From contig NC_057756.1 in the NCBI RefSeq assembly GCF_004010195.1, forward strand, positions 4,247,603-4,311,602: a DNA stretch of 64,000 nt. Direction: 5' to 3'. Numbering within the stretch: position 1 is the stretch's first letter; every line of letters starts with the position of its first letter. A program made the translations under genes and the position numbers. The notes beneath the pieces are model-generated. The model was not told the origin of the DNA. It saw only the letters and a list, made by a program, of their open reading frames with translations, and searched no databases. This stretch comes from Chiloscyllium plagiosum. Lineage: Eukaryota. Shown here one piece after another: positions 63,471 to 64,000 of this stretch.

Positions 63471-63772
63471 CCACTAGGAAAACACCCCAAATGCATGCAT
63501 GGTCAACGTAATAATGTCTGTTCAATGCATGTATGGACGATAATAGGATATCGACATAAATGTGTGCCCTATGCATGTTAAATGTCGAAGAGTTCTCGCC
63601 ACGTTTCTCCAAATTCTGGATAAGTGTTTCAAGTAAAATATCGGGAGTGCCAAAATACTATTGTTATTTTCGCATTGGTTCTGACGTTGTATGTTAAGAA
63701 GCTCAGCAATTTAGCGCTTGCATCTGTCAGTGTGATTTACCTTGCAAAGTCATATCTTTTGCTTCTTAAAAG

Positions 63773-63799
63773 GTGAGAAGTTGGAGGCACAGAAGAAAG
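63773..63799 (+). CDS. 27-nt phase 1-1 micro-exon, GEKLEAQKK
   Basis: atcttttgcttcttaaaag|GTGAGAAGTTGGAGGCACAGAAGAAAG|gtaagt; consensus donor; continues the heptad register of the 60597 exon. Confidence 0.78.
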
Positions 63800-64000
63800 G
63801 TAAGTGCATCTGGCCTTGTGCAAGAGAAACGTTTCCACAATGAGTTTCATCTCTGTGTAACAGAGATTGGACTGATGTATTTTTTAGTGAGCATCTAAAT
63901 ATTTCAAGACATTTATAGCGTAATTGTAGTGGAATACTATGGTTCAGGATGATATCCAGAAAGAGAATTCACAGATTTAACTTCTTTACTTGGAAGAACT

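Overview
AT-rich, repeat-dominated vertebrate genomic DNA. The HE1-type V-SINEs, CR1 LINEs and Penelope-like termini suggest a cartilaginous fish, probably a carpet or bamboo shark (inference). No long intact ORF is present; the ORF track is transposon debris or noise. Recognisable elements are many decayed CR1 LINEs, two Tx1 LINEs, Penelope-like elements carrying minimal hammerhead ribozyme motifs, two Gypsy LTR/gag fragments, and a decayed env-containing class I endogenous retrovirus present twice because of a tandem segmental duplication (about 45.0-55.6 kb and 56.1-62.2 kb, separated by a 500-N gap). The main signal missed by the ORF track is a set of seven + strand micro-exons of 27 nt or 36 nt (2405, 4189, 20468, 45020, 54121, 60597, 63773). 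All have AG/GT boundaries and are phase 1-1. One 27+36 pair encodes a 21-aa, three-heptad coiled-coil unit (e.g. ELAKCKDELEKL-GKQLEQKVK). The whole window therefore appears to lie inside one large gene whose coiled coil has been lengthened by duplicating exon pairs. The gene's identity cannot be determined from this window. Repeat boundaries were placed by eye and are approximate unless a target-site duplication is quoted.
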